Origin: an uncultured Lachnospiraceae bacterium
GTDB taxonomy: Bacteria; Bacillota; Clostridia; Lachnospirales; Lachnospiraceae
DNA: 64,000 bases
Direction of reading: 5' to 3'
Assembly (NCBI GenBank): GCA_946534915.1
Contig: CAMNDG010000001.1
Coordinates: forward strand, 122,268 to 186,267
Shown here: positions 8,697-17,276 of the stretch, piece by piece
Numbering within the stretch: the first letter of the stretch is position 1
How the letters are laid out: the number at the start of each line of letters is the position of its first letter
The notes under the pieces: generated by a model
The model's database searches: none
Told to the model about the DNA's origin: nothing
What the model saw: only the letters and a program-made list of their open reading frames with translations
Program-made: the position numbers and the translations under genes

Positions 8697-8748
8697 ATTC
8701 TAGCACATCGCTCCGGACACGTCAAATAGAAATGTGCAAAATGTGCAA
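8697..8748 (-). promoter_or_regulatory. Sigma-A-type leftward promoter with upstream direct repeats (probable late promoter)
   Basis: TTGACG-17 bp-TAGAAT with extended -10 TG; tandem TTGCACATTT repeats just upstream of the -35. Confidence 0.6.
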
Positions 8749-9235
8749 TTTTGTGACCGTTTTTTGTTGCTCGCGTTGTCAGAATTTGACGGAACAGACG
8801 TTTTTCAACTGGCATTGTTTACGAAGTGGAAGACGTGGTTTTATAGATATTATACAACCCCTTCGACGGGTTATATAGAAGCGTATCACTTATGTTTGCC
8901 TTGTGATCGTCACAAGTATGATACCGCGGCGCGGGTGCTAACAACCAGGATCAGCCCATATACTGTTTGGAGCATTACAGGCAAAGCCCCGCCGGCAGCC
9001 GGGACGCGCTGCCCAGAACGTAGGGACATACGCAGAGATCCTCTTGTATAGCACTATAAGACATACTCCTTTATCTCATTGCCCGCAGCCCGTAGGCTAT
9101 ACTACCTGTATAGCACTATATAGCATGCGGATTAATTATACATATAATTCACCCCCAATCTCTTATAAAGCACGCAGAGGCGCGCGAAGCGCCGAAAGAT
9201 ATATATATATATATATTCTTATATACTATACTATC

Positions 9236-9317
9236 TGTAAAAATTACATGAAACCTTGTAAAAATTACAAGGTATCGTGTAAAAATTACAAGGTATCTTG
9301 TAAAAATTACAAGATAC
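9236..9317. repeat. Iteron-like array A: 4 x 21 bp
   Basis: TGTAAAAATTACA(a/t)g... units at 9236, 9257, 9278 and 9299; adjacent (AT)9 tract at 9199-9216. Confidence 0.9.
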
Positions 9318-9398
9318 TGCATTTCGTCTGTTTGACGCGCGCAAAAGCGCGCAAAAAAAAGAGATTATATATATTTATTTTCTTTTCTTTTTCTTTTA

Positions 9399-9496
9399 GC
9401 GAATTTTTCGCACCAGGTACGAAAATTTCTCCCCGCGTGCGAAAAAATCTCCCCGCGTGCGAAAATTTCGCACCGCGTGCGAAAATTTCTCCCCGT
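9399..9496. repeat. Iteron-like array B: 5 x 20 bp
   Basis: GCGAAAATTTC(T/G)C(C/A)CCGCGT units at 9399, 9419, 9439, 9459 and 9479; adjacent AT-rich tract at 9353-9398. Confidence 0.9.
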
Positions 9497-9663
9497 CACG
9501 CACCTTCACTCTAAAAAGCGCATCAATTCTGCGCAAAAAAAAAAAAGACGTCCGCGCGTCCTTCCGTTCCTGTATATAACAGCGTATAATATACACGATA
9601 TGCCATCATATCACTTCCCTAAAGGAGGCCGTCAGCACTACGCCGGCGGCCTCTCTTTTCTGC

Positions 9664-12414
9664 TCATTTTCTCCCCGCTGTCATCTCCTGATATAAACGC
9701 ATCAGCCACGCCACGCAGGCAGCTTCATCCGTTTCTTTTATTGGCATTCCGTATGCCTGCATAACGGCTCGGTCGTTTGCTGTGTGCGCCTTTCTCAATT
9801 CCGGCGGCATTGTCAGCGGATCATACAGATCAGCGAGCGAGCTGTCAGGATACAGGGCCCGCGCCTGTAAGATCCCCCGCGCCGTGTCTTCGATCTTCTT
9901 TCTTTGTTCCGGCGTAGGGTCGGGCCAGGGGAAGTTATTGTATACAATGTCTTTACTGTATCTGTAATCGCCTTTCAAGCGGCCGCAGACTGCCCGCATC
10001 CATGACATGTGGACGTTGGAATTTAAAACGCCAAAATGATATATTGTCGCTCCTGGTACAATCTGAACCTGGTTTGTTGGAATTGTATCTTTCCCATAAT
10101 ATGCCATTGGAATATAACGGCGGCGCTCTCCCGATACTATCGGCATGGCAATAAAGTGGTCCGGGTTGTTAGTGTCTCTGAATTCCGTCGGACGTTCTGC
10201 GAGTTTCTGAGAAGATCTGTCTTTCATGGCGAGTCGGTTCTTTCTGCATTTCTCCACTCTTTCCATTATTTTCTTATCCGCCTTTATTTCTGCCGGCGTT
10301 GCTCCTACAAGCCATAACACATAACGGTCTTTGTTGTATAGCATTTCTGAACCGCCGATTAATCTCTTTATGAACTTGCAGTTTTTAAAGGCCGGATATT
10401 CCCCCGCTTCCACTTTCAGCGCGTCCCCGTCAAGCGGCACATTGCCGTTTTGCATTCTGGGAACGTCACAAAGCGGCGTTGACCGGTTTGTTATAATAAC
10501 GTTCGGCGCCGGCATTAAATAGCCGTTTATTTCTGAAACTTCGGCTGTGCTTTCTCCGTCATACAGATATTTCTTCTTTCTTTCCGTATAAGAGAACCCC
10601 ACTATAATGCAATATACATGCGCTTTGCTGTTGGCCTCGCTGTCCCATATGAAGGTTCTGTGTGCAAAATTGATGTGTATTCCGTCGTTTAATAACACGC
10701 CCCATATATGCGGGACTTGTTCGCCCTGGCATATACTGTTCGTTGAAACAAATGCCGCTTCCGCTGTTGTTCCTTTCATAAGCCTTGCAGCGAGCATATA
10801 CCAGCACGCAACATAGTCAACATCTTTGTATTTAAAAAATCTTGATACGTCTTCTTGTTGTTCTCCCGTTCTGTATCTGCGCCCCACAAACGGCGGGTTT
10901 CCGATGATATAACTTAGCCTCTCCACCGGCACGGCCTTTGCCCAGTCTATCCGCAGCGCGTTGCCCTCTGTGATCCCCTTGTATGTTTTAAGCGGGAAGA
11001 AGTCTAAGGACTGGTGCACAATGTCTTCCGTTTCTTTCATCGTCTGGCTTTCCGCTATCCATAAAGCAGTCTGCGCGACAGAAACGGCGAAGTCGTTTAT
11101 CTCGATGCCGTAAAATTGATGTATCGATACCTGTATCGGAGAGCCCTCCTCAAATCCAAACGACAGCTGCCCCGCCATGGTATCCGCTGCCGTTATCAGC
11201 CGCAGCACCTCATTTTCAATCCGTCGCAGGCTCAGGTATGTCTCCGTGAGAAAATTCCCTGAACCGCACGCCGGATCAAAAAACACCAGCCCGGCCAGTT
11301 TCTTCTGGTATTCTTTCAGCTTTTTCTTCTGTGTTCCCGGGACCTTAATCTTCTTTATGTCTTCCAGTTCTTTTCTTAGATCATCCAGGAACAGCGGATC
11401 AATGACTTTGTGAATGTTTTCTATACTGGTATAGTGCATTCCCCCGGCGCGCCGTGTTTCCGGGTTCAATGTTGACTCGAAGACGGCTCCAAATATCGTG
11501 GGGCTTATCTTGGACCAGTCAAACTTCGCTGCCTCTGCGAGAGTGTCTTTCAGCTCCTGTGTGATCTTAGGAATGACTATATTTTCATCGGAGAACAGCC
11601 CGCCGTTTACATACGGAAAGGCCTCTACCTCTTCCGGCAGATACATTTCCGCCCGTTCTCCAATCGGTGTATCAAGCGCCCGGAACAGCTCCACAAGCTT
11701 GCCGCGGATGTCCCCCGGCTTATACTGCAAAATATAGCGGGAAAAGGCGTCTTTTGCCCCGAACAGCCCCGCATCCTCTGCATAAAAGCAGAACACGAGA
11801 CGGACGCAAAGAATATTCAAGCTCTTTTGTGTTCTCTTTGCCAACGGATCATTGTACTGCGTCAAAAAGCGGTCACGGATCTTTCCTACCAATTCTCCCG
11901 CTGCTTTGCTCAGTTCTACTTCCTCTGTGACCTCTTTCGCCTCGCGCTTGATCAGAAAATCCAAAAGATGATACTTCGCGGGCAGTTCTTCCAGCTGTAA
12001 CTTAACGGGTTCCGGCTTCCGGTCGTTCCTGTCATATATCCAAATTTCCGCAAAATTGGAGAGAACTATCCAGCGCGCCCGCTCCTCATACGGCAAGTAG
12101 TTGTCATAGTCTTTCGCCTGCTCATATGGCGTCTTGTATCCGTGCCCGGGCTGGGGTTTGCTAAGATCTATGCCAAGGCTCTTTTGTTCTATAATGACGC
12201 GCGTTTCCGGGATATAGATATCGATCTTTTCTGTTGTCCCCCTGCTGCCCGTCAGCGGCTTTTCAAATACAACGCGCTCTGTCGCGTTCTCCACCCCGAG
12301 CACGTTTTGTAAAAACTCTATCCAGTATGAGCGCGCGTCCTGCTGTTCGTTCCCTTTCCCGTTCCATCTATAATAGAATTGCCTGGCGGCCTCTCTCTGC
12401 TGTGCGTCTGTCAT
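9664..12414 (-). CDS. MmeI-family type IIL/IIG restriction-modification enzyme (nuclease-methyltransferase-TRD fusion)
   Basis: N-terminal ID...IIEQK PD-(D/E)xK motif, IFGAVFES, GMHYTS, DPACGSGNF, GNPPF, C-terminal YNNFPWP and SLADLYDPLTMPPELRKAH; ATG at 12414 with RBS GGGAG. Confidence 0.9.
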   Translation of the reverse strand: MTDAQQREAARQFYYRWNGKGNEQQDARSYWIEFLQNVLGVENATERVVFEKPLTGSRGTTEKIDIYIPETRVIIEQKSLGIDLSKPQPGHGYKTPYEQAKDYDNYLPYEERARWIVLSNFAEIWIYDRNDRKPEPVKLQLEELPAKYHLLDFLIKREAKEVTEEVELSKAAGELVGKIRDRFLTQYNDPLAKRTQKSLNILCVRLVFCFYAEDAGLFGAKDAFSRYILQYKPGDIRGKLVELFRALDTPIGERAEMYLPEEVEAFPYVNGGLFSDENIVIPKITQELKDTLAEAAKFDWSKISPTIFGAVFESTLNPETRRAGGMHYTSIENIHKVIDPLFLDDLRKELEDIKKIKVPGTQKKKLKEYQKKLAGLVFFDPACGSGNFLTETYLSLRRIENEVLRLITAADTMAGQLSFGFEEGSPIQVSIHQFYGIEINDFAVSVAQTALWIAESQTMKETEDIVHQSLDFFPLKTYKGITEGNALRIDWAKAVPVERLSYIIGNPPFVGRRYRTGEQQEDVSRFFKYKDVDYVACWYMLAARLMKGTTAEAAFVSTNSICQGEQVPHIWGVLLNDGIHINFAHRTFIWDSEANSKAHVYCIIVGFSYTERKKKYLYDGESTAEVSEINGYLMPAPNVIITNRSTPLCDVPRMQNGNVPLDGDALKVEAGEYPAFKNCKFIKRLIGGSEMLYNKDRYVLWLVGATPAEIKADKKIMERVEKCRKNRLAMKDRSSQKLAERPTEFRDTNNPDHFIAMPIVSGERRRYIPMAYYGKDTIPTNQVQIVPGATIYHFGVLNSNVHMSWMRAVCGRLKGDYRYSKDIVYNNFPWPDPTPEQRKKIEDTARGILQARALYPDSSLADLYDPLTMPPELRKAHTANDRAVMQAYGMPIKETDEAACVAWLMRLYQEMTAGRK

Positions 12415-12570
12415 GGCATCATCACTCCCCCGTTTACTTTCTCTTTTTCCATTGTACACCAGGCGCAGATTATATAAAAATATAATTTTCCCTAATGGGG
12501 AGCGGTCTCTTTTTTTCTCTCTTCTCTCTTCTTCTTTTCCCTCTTTTTGTAGTAAAATTACCTCAAAAAG

Positions 12571-12598
12571 TGACCACATTGGCTACAAATTGGATACA
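12571..12598. other. Putative integrase arm-type sites flanking att
   Basis: Imperfect direct repeats TGACCACA, TGGCTACA, TGGATACA ~60-85 bp from the tRNA fragment. Confidence 0.4.
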
Positions 12599-12655
12599 GC
12601 GTTTTCTTCTTTTTCTTTTTTTTCCATAAACTAGGGCAAAACCGGACTAGGGCGC

Positions 12656-12702
12656 ACGGTCTCCAAAACCGTTCATGGGGGTTCGAATCCCTCTTCCCCT
12701 GC
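12656..12702 (+). tRNA. tRNA-Trp(CCA) 3' fragment, probable prophage att site
   Basis: Anticodon arm ACGGT-CTCCAAA-ACCGT, T arm GGGGG-TTCGAAT-CCCTC, acceptor 3' strand TTCCCCTG; no proper D arm upstream. Confidence 0.8.
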
Positions 12703-12710
12703 TCTTGTTT

Positions 12711-12743
12711 AAAGCCTTCATCACTTGCTGATGAAGGTTTTTT
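12711..12743 (+). terminator. Intrinsic terminator downstream of the tRNA fragment
   Basis: AGCCTTCATCA-CTTGC-TGATGAAGGTT followed by a T run. Confidence 0.75.
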
Positions 12744-12778
12744 ATTGCCGCAAATTGACCAAATCTTTTTATCAGTGC

Positions 12779-12813
12779 AAAAAGAGGAAACCTTTGGCCG
12801 GTTTCCTCTTTTT
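12779..12813. terminator. Bidirectional terminator after the alcohol dehydrogenase gene
   Basis: AAAAAGAGGAAACC...GGTTTCCTCTTTTT. Confidence 0.7.
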
Positions 12814-12849
12814 GTATCTTTATGATGTTTTCATCTGATCGTTGCCTTT

Positions 12850-13929
12850 TCAGATTCCCGCGATCCTTCTTACGACCGCTTCGTTTACAGGGAACGGCGG
12901 GAGCTTCAACTTGCCTTTGTTGGCCAGCACTTCTTCCACCGACTGCTCCAGGATCTCCATCGGGACTTCATCTCTTCCGCAAGTCACCGAGTAGTATTCC
13001 TCAAGCTCCTCGACAGTCTTAAATCCCGCGAGGGAAAGGATATGATTTACTTCTACGGGATCTGCCTCCCTCAGATAGCCGGGAAGGAAATATCCGCAGG
13101 CCTTTCCGTGCGCCATATGTGCGCTGTAGGTAAGTCTGTAGCTGAGGGCGTGCGGCATAGAGGTCGCGGTGTGCGCGATGGCCATGCCTGCAATGCAGGA
13201 TGCGTTCATCATGTTCTGGTAGTCCTCAGCGGAAGCTTCTCTTCTGCCAAGGATCACATCCTTGCTGCGCGCCCAGACCCTGATGCCTGCTTCCGCGCAC
13301 ATCCTGCTGAAATCTGTAGCCGCAGTGTGAATATAACTCTCATAGAGGTGGCAGAGAGCGTCCATAGTAGTATTGGCGAGGATCTGTGCAGGCGCGCCTG
13401 ATACATACTTTCCGTCAATCAGTGCGAGATCCGCAAAGATTTTATGAGGTATAGATCCCTTGACATGAATGTCGTGTCTCGTGAGGACAGAGACGGCAGT
13501 GACTTCCGAGCCGGTTCCGGCTGTCGTAGGAATCTCGGCGATAGGCAAAGTGGTGGTCTCCGCTGTTTTGTCATAGAGATAGTCCCAGTCCCTGTCAGGA
13601 TGACGGATCATGAGCGCGATCGCTTTCGCGGCGTCCATAGGGGATCCGCCCCCGATGCCAATGACGAAATCAGCCTTTACTTTGCATCCCACCTGCCTGG
13701 CTCTCATGACGGTTTCCACAGAAGGGTTCTCTTCCACTTCCGCGAATTCCACCCAGGATACGCCGTGTTTGTCCAGGGCAGCTGTCACATCCGCAAAGGC
13801 GCCGCACCTTCTGGCGCTGCGCTTTCCGGTCACGATCAGTGCTCTGCTGCCGAGGGCAGCCAGCTCAGCGCTGTGGTTAAGCACACAATTCTCTTCGGAA
13901 TACACAAGAGTCGGCATTAAGAATTTCAT
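12850..13929 (-). CDS. Iron-containing alcohol dehydrogenase
   Basis: GGGSPMDAAK, PTTAGTGSEVT, DALCH..E and His metal ligands. Confidence 0.9.
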   Translation of the reverse strand: MKFLMPTLVYSEENCVLNHSAELAALGSRALIVTGKRSARRCGAFADVTAALDKHGVSWVEFAEVEENPSVETVMRARQVGCKVKADFVIGIGGGSPMDAAKAIALMIRHPDRDWDYLYDKTAETTTLPIAEIPTTAGTGSEVTAVSVLTRHDIHVKGSIPHKIFADLALIDGKYVSGAPAQILANTTMDALCHLYESYIHTAATDFSRMCAEAGIRVWARSKDVILGRREASAEDYQNMMNASCIAGMAIAHTATSMPHALSYRLTYSAHMAHGKACGYFLPGYLREADPVEVNHILSLAGFKTVEELEEYYSVTCGRDEVPMEILEQSVEEVLANKGKLKLPPFPVNEAVVRRIAGI

Positions 13930-13947
13930 CTTGTCACCTCCGCCTTA

Positions 13948-14643
13948 TCAGCAGTTCTTCTCGGGAACATCGAAACTCTTGGTCGTACCGAATTTGGTTG
14001 TCTGTACAATACCTTTGAGCTTAAATCCCTCATTTACAAGGATCTGTGCCATATCTTCCACGGAGATCGCTCCGGAAGCCTTGACTACGATCTCAGCTCC
14101 TCTCTCCTTGGTGTGATAGACTGCCAGAGAATCCAGGTTGGCGTTGTTGTCTCCGAAGCATTTAGCCATCGGAGCAAATTCGCCGGGTGTGTCGGTTGCT
14201 GCAAAAATGAATCTTGTTCCCTGTTTTCTGTAGCCGAGAAGCTCGACGAAAGCCTGGAAAATATCTTTATCCGTGATAATGCCGATGACTTTGTTGTTCT
14301 CATCAACTACCGGAAGAACGGAGATCTCATTTTCCAGCATGGTCTGGGCTGCCACCTCGACAAATACATCCTGTGAGATGGTCTTGACATCCTTGATCAT
14401 GATGTCCTGGACCTGAGTCTTGCTCAGAAGGTAATTGAGTTCATAGATGGAGAGAGATGTGGAATTTGCTCCGCTTTTTTCCTTTACAAGACCTCCCGTG
14501 ACAAGACCGATCAGTTTGCCCTGATCGTCTACTACGGGCAGACGGTGGAAATGATTCTTTCTCATGATCTCAACCGCCTTGGAGATCACCACATCTTTCG
14601 TGATCGTATAAGGTTTCTCTGTCATATGATCTTTAACGTACAT
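13948..14643 (-). CDS. CBS-pair + ACT domain protein (AcuB-like)
   Basis: Two CBS repeats (RLPVVD, VLPVVD..GIIT) with a C-terminal ACT-like domain; follows the liv genes. Confidence 0.85.
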   Translation of the reverse strand: MYVKDHMTEKPYTITKDVVISKAVEIMRKNHFHRLPVVDDQGKLIGLVTGGLVKEKSGANSTSLSIYELNYLLSKTQVQDIMIKDVKTISQDVFVEVAAQTMLENEISVLPVVDENNKVIGIITDKDIFQAFVELLGYRKQGTRFIFAATDTPGEFAPMAKCFGDNNANLDSLAVYHTKERGAEIVVKASGAISVEDMAQILVNEGFKLKGIVQTTKFGTTKSFDVPEKNC

Positions 14644-14698
14644 AATGCTTCCTCCCTGTGATCATTATAAGTAGCCATACCCGCTGTATACCAGGTGC

Positions 14699-15403
14699 TC
14701 ATCCGCCGAGATAGGCTTTCTGCACTCTCTCGTCATTGGCGAGCTCTTCACCGGTCCCCTCCAGTGTGATATTGCCTGTTTCCAGCACGTACGCCCTGTC
14801 CGCGATAGCCAGCGCTCTTTTGGCGTTCTGTTCTACTAAGAGGATCGTCGTCCCCTTGTCGTTGATCTCTCTGATAATATGGAAGATCTCGGATACAAGG
14901 AGCGGAGACAGTCCCATGGAGGGCTCATCAAGAAGAAGGATTGAGGGCTTCGCCATAAGAGCCCTGCCCATTGCCAGCATCTGCTGCTCGCCTCCGGACA
15001 GTGTGCCGGCAAGCTGTTTCCTTCTCTCTTTAAGACGCGGGAACAGCTGGTAGACTTCCTCCATATCCTCGGCCATTTTGGACTTGTCCTTCCGCAGATA
15101 AGCGCCCAGGATAAGATTCTCCTCGACAGTCTGTTCCGCGAAGACTCTTCTTCCTTCGGGAACCTGCGCAAGGCCCATTCCGACGATCTTATTTGCAGTT
15201 GTCTTAGTCAGTTCCACATCGTCCAGCATGATACTTCCCTCCGCTGCCTTTACAAGGCCGGAGATCGCGTGCATCGTCGTCGTCTTTCCGGCGCCGTTCG
15301 CGCCGATCATGGTCACGATCTCACCGTCGCGTACCTCGAAAGAGATGCCCTTGATGGCTTCGATCATGCCGTATTTAACCTTTAAGTCTGTTACTTTGAG
15401 CAT
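14699..15403 (-). CDS. livF: Branched-chain amino acid ABC transporter ATPase
   Basis: GANGAGKT, LSGGEQQMLA, LLDEPSMGL. Confidence 0.92.
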   Translation of the reverse strand: MLKVTDLKVKYGMIEAIKGISFEVRDGEIVTMIGANGAGKTTTMHAISGLVKAAEGSIMLDDVELTKTTANKIVGMGLAQVPEGRRVFAEQTVEENLILGAYLRKDKSKMAEDMEEVYQLFPRLKERRKQLAGTLSGGEQQMLAMGRALMAKPSILLLDEPSMGLSPLLVSEIFHIIREINDKGTTILLVEQNAKRALAIADRAYVLETGNITLEGTGEELANDERVQKAYLGG

Positions 15404-15406
15404 ATG

Positions 15407-16195
15407 TTAGTCCCCCAGGTACGCTTTGATGACTTCAGGGTTGGACTGGATCTCTTCCGGTGTACCCTGTGCAAGCATCATTCCGTAGTTCAGTACTGTG
15501 ATCCTCTCGCAGATACCCATGACAAGCTTCATATCGTGCTCGATCAAAAGGATCGCGATCTTAAAGTGATCGCGGACGAAACGGATCATATCCATAAGTT
15601 CCGCTGTCTCCTGAGGGTTCATGCCCGCAGCCGGCTCATCCAGAAGAAGAAGCTTCGGATTTGTAGCCAGAGCTCTTGCGATCTCAAGACGTCTCTGCGC
15701 TCCGTAGGGAAGATTACTCGCCGTGTAATCCGCGAACTGGTCCAGTTCCATGATCTTGAGAAGATCCATCGCTTTCTCGTTGATCTCCTTCTCGCTGGAG
15801 AAATACTTAGGAAGACGCAGGATCGCCGTGATCGGAGAATAAGGAATGACATTGTGGAAACCTGTCTTGACGTTGTCCAGGACAGTCAGATTGCCGAAAA
15901 GGCGGATGTTCTGGAACGTTCTGGCGATACCTGCCTTGTTGATATCCACTACGCTCTTGCCTGCCGTATCCTTGCCGTCAAAATATATTTTGCCCCTGGT
16001 AGGCTTATATACCTTGGTCAAAAGATTGAATACCGTCGTCTTTCCGGCTCCGTTAGGACCGATAAGACCCGCGATCTCACCGTCAAAAACCTGAAGGTTG
16101 AGATCGTTTACCGCCGTAAGACCGCCGAAGTCAATTCCCAGTTCCTGTACATCGAGGACCGGTGCCTTCCCGTTTTCAGCTTTATAATCACTCAC
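15407..16195 (-). CDS. livG: Branched-chain amino acid ABC transporter ATPase
   Basis: GPNGAGKT, RTFQNIRLF, LPYGAQRRLEIARAL, DEPAAGMN; GTG start after GGAGG. Confidence 0.92.
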   Translation of the reverse strand: MSDYKAENGKAPVLDVQELGIDFGGLTAVNDLNLQVFDGEIAGLIGPNGAGKTTVFNLLTKVYKPTRGKIYFDGKDTAGKSVVDINKAGIARTFQNIRLFGNLTVLDNVKTGFHNVIPYSPITAILRLPKYFSSEKEINEKAMDLLKIMELDQFADYTASNLPYGAQRRLEIARALATNPKLLLLDEPAAGMNPQETAELMDMIRFVRDHFKIAILLIEHDMKLVMGICERITVLNYGMMLAQGTPEEIQSNPEVIKAYLGD

Positions 16196-17261
16196 TCTGG
16201 GCACCTCCTTTCGCCTTGCGTGCAAACAGGCTCTTCCACTTAGTCATAAGCCATTCGTTGTTTGTAACGAGCATGATCAGGATCAGTACTACCGCATAGA
16301 TCAGCATTCTGTAATCCTGAAGCGAACGCAGCAGTTCCGGAAGCAGGATCAGTACAACGGTCGAAATGATCGTGCCGGTCATATTTCCTAATCCGCCCAG
16401 AACGACGTAGACGAGGATCAGGATGGACGTATTAAAATCGAATTTGTTCGGGACCAGTGTGGAGTAGTTAAGTCCATAGAGGGCTCCCGCAGCACCTGCC
16501 AGCGCAGCTGATGTCACGAAGGCAAGCATCTTGGTCCTGGAAATCGGAATGCCTACTGATTCCGCAGCAATACGATTGTCTCGTGCCGCCATGATCGCTC
16601 TGCCGCTTCTGGAAAACATAAGGTTATAGACGACAAAGAGCGCGATGATGACAAGGATGATCCCTACTGTGAAATTGGCGATCTTCTGTGTTCCCGTGGC
16701 GCCCATGGGGCCGTTCAGGAGCATCTTTCCGCCGGGCTGAAGCTTGAAATTGCTCTCCACAAAGCTGAAGTGGAGACCGTCGACATCGATGCCGATGTAT
16801 GTGTTCATGAATATACTCTTAATGATCTGTCCGAAAGCCAGCGTGACGATCGCAAGATAGTCGCCCTGAAGTTTGAGGACCGGAATGCCGATCAGAAAGC
16901 CGAACACCGCTGCCAGTACCGCTCCGCAGATGATCGCAAGGATCAGTCTGGGAATCCCGGCAGTAATACTGCCTGCCAATATACCGGACACACAGATTCC
17001 GCAGAAAGCACCGACACTCATAAATCCGGCTTGTCCAAGATTGAGCTCGCCCGAGACGCCGACATTGAGGTTGAGGCCGATGGCAGCCACAACATAGCAT
17101 GTGATCGGTACCAGGAGACTGGTGAACATACTTCCCAGATTTCCGCTCTTTATAAGGATTTCAACGATTATATAGGCAATGATCACAAGAGCGAAGGAAA
17201 TGATCCGCCCTCTGTGCTGTTTGTCTCCAAAGCGGGAGAAAATGCTGCTCTTTTCTTTCAT
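16188..17261 (-). CDS. livM: Branched-chain amino acid ABC transporter permease
   Basis: GDYLAIVTLAFG motif; multiple TM segments. Confidence 0.9.
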   Translation of the reverse strand: MKEKSSIFSRFGDKQHRGRIISFALVIIAYIIVEILIKSGNLGSMFTSLLVPITCYVVAAIGLNLNVGVSGELNLGQAGFMSVGAFCGICVSGILAGSITAGIPRLILAIICGAVLAAVFGFLIGIPVLKLQGDYLAIVTLAFGQIIKSIFMNTYIGIDVDGLHFSFVESNFKLQPGGKMLLNGPMGATGTQKIANFTVGIILVIIALFVVYNLMFSRSGRAIMAARDNRIAAESVGIPISRTKMLAFVTSAALAGAAGALYGLNYSTLVPNKFDFNTSILILVYVVLGGLGNMTGTIISTVVLILLPELLRSLQDYRMLIYAVVLILIMLVTNNEWLMTKWKSLFARKAKGGAQSE

Positions 17262-17276
17262 GTCTTATTCCCTCCC

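Larger units (their letters stand above)
1..12702 (-). mobile_element. Prophage, right-hand part (continues past the left window edge), integrated at tRNA-Trp
   Basis: Co-oriented terminase, portal, MuF and Prp head genes plus phage-type MetK, MTase and HNH; bounded by a 3' tRNA-Trp fragment, after which housekeeping genes begin. Confidence 0.9.

Noticed and set aside
8734-9051. 105-aa plus-strand ORF
   Set aside because: GTG start inside the promoter repeats, no RBS, no recognisable motif, opposite to all neighbouring phage genes.
9236-9496. CRISPR array
   Set aside because: Repeats are head-to-tail with 20-21-bp periods and no unique spacers; no cas genes in the window.
9044-9514. 156-aa plus-strand ORF with CKNYKVS repeats
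   Set aside because: The peptide repeats just reflect the 21-bp DNA repeats; TTG start with no clear RBS; crosses (AT)n and poly-A/T tracts.
12415-12579. N-terminal extension of the MmeI-like ORF given in the ORF track
   Set aside because: Low-complexity intergenic sequence; family-like sequence and an RBS point to the ATG at 12414.
12633-12702. Full-length functional tRNA-Trp
   Set aside because: AGGGCAA could pair imperfectly with the acceptor 3' strand, but it has a mismatch, the 5' part is too short and no D stem forms; better explained as an att fragment.
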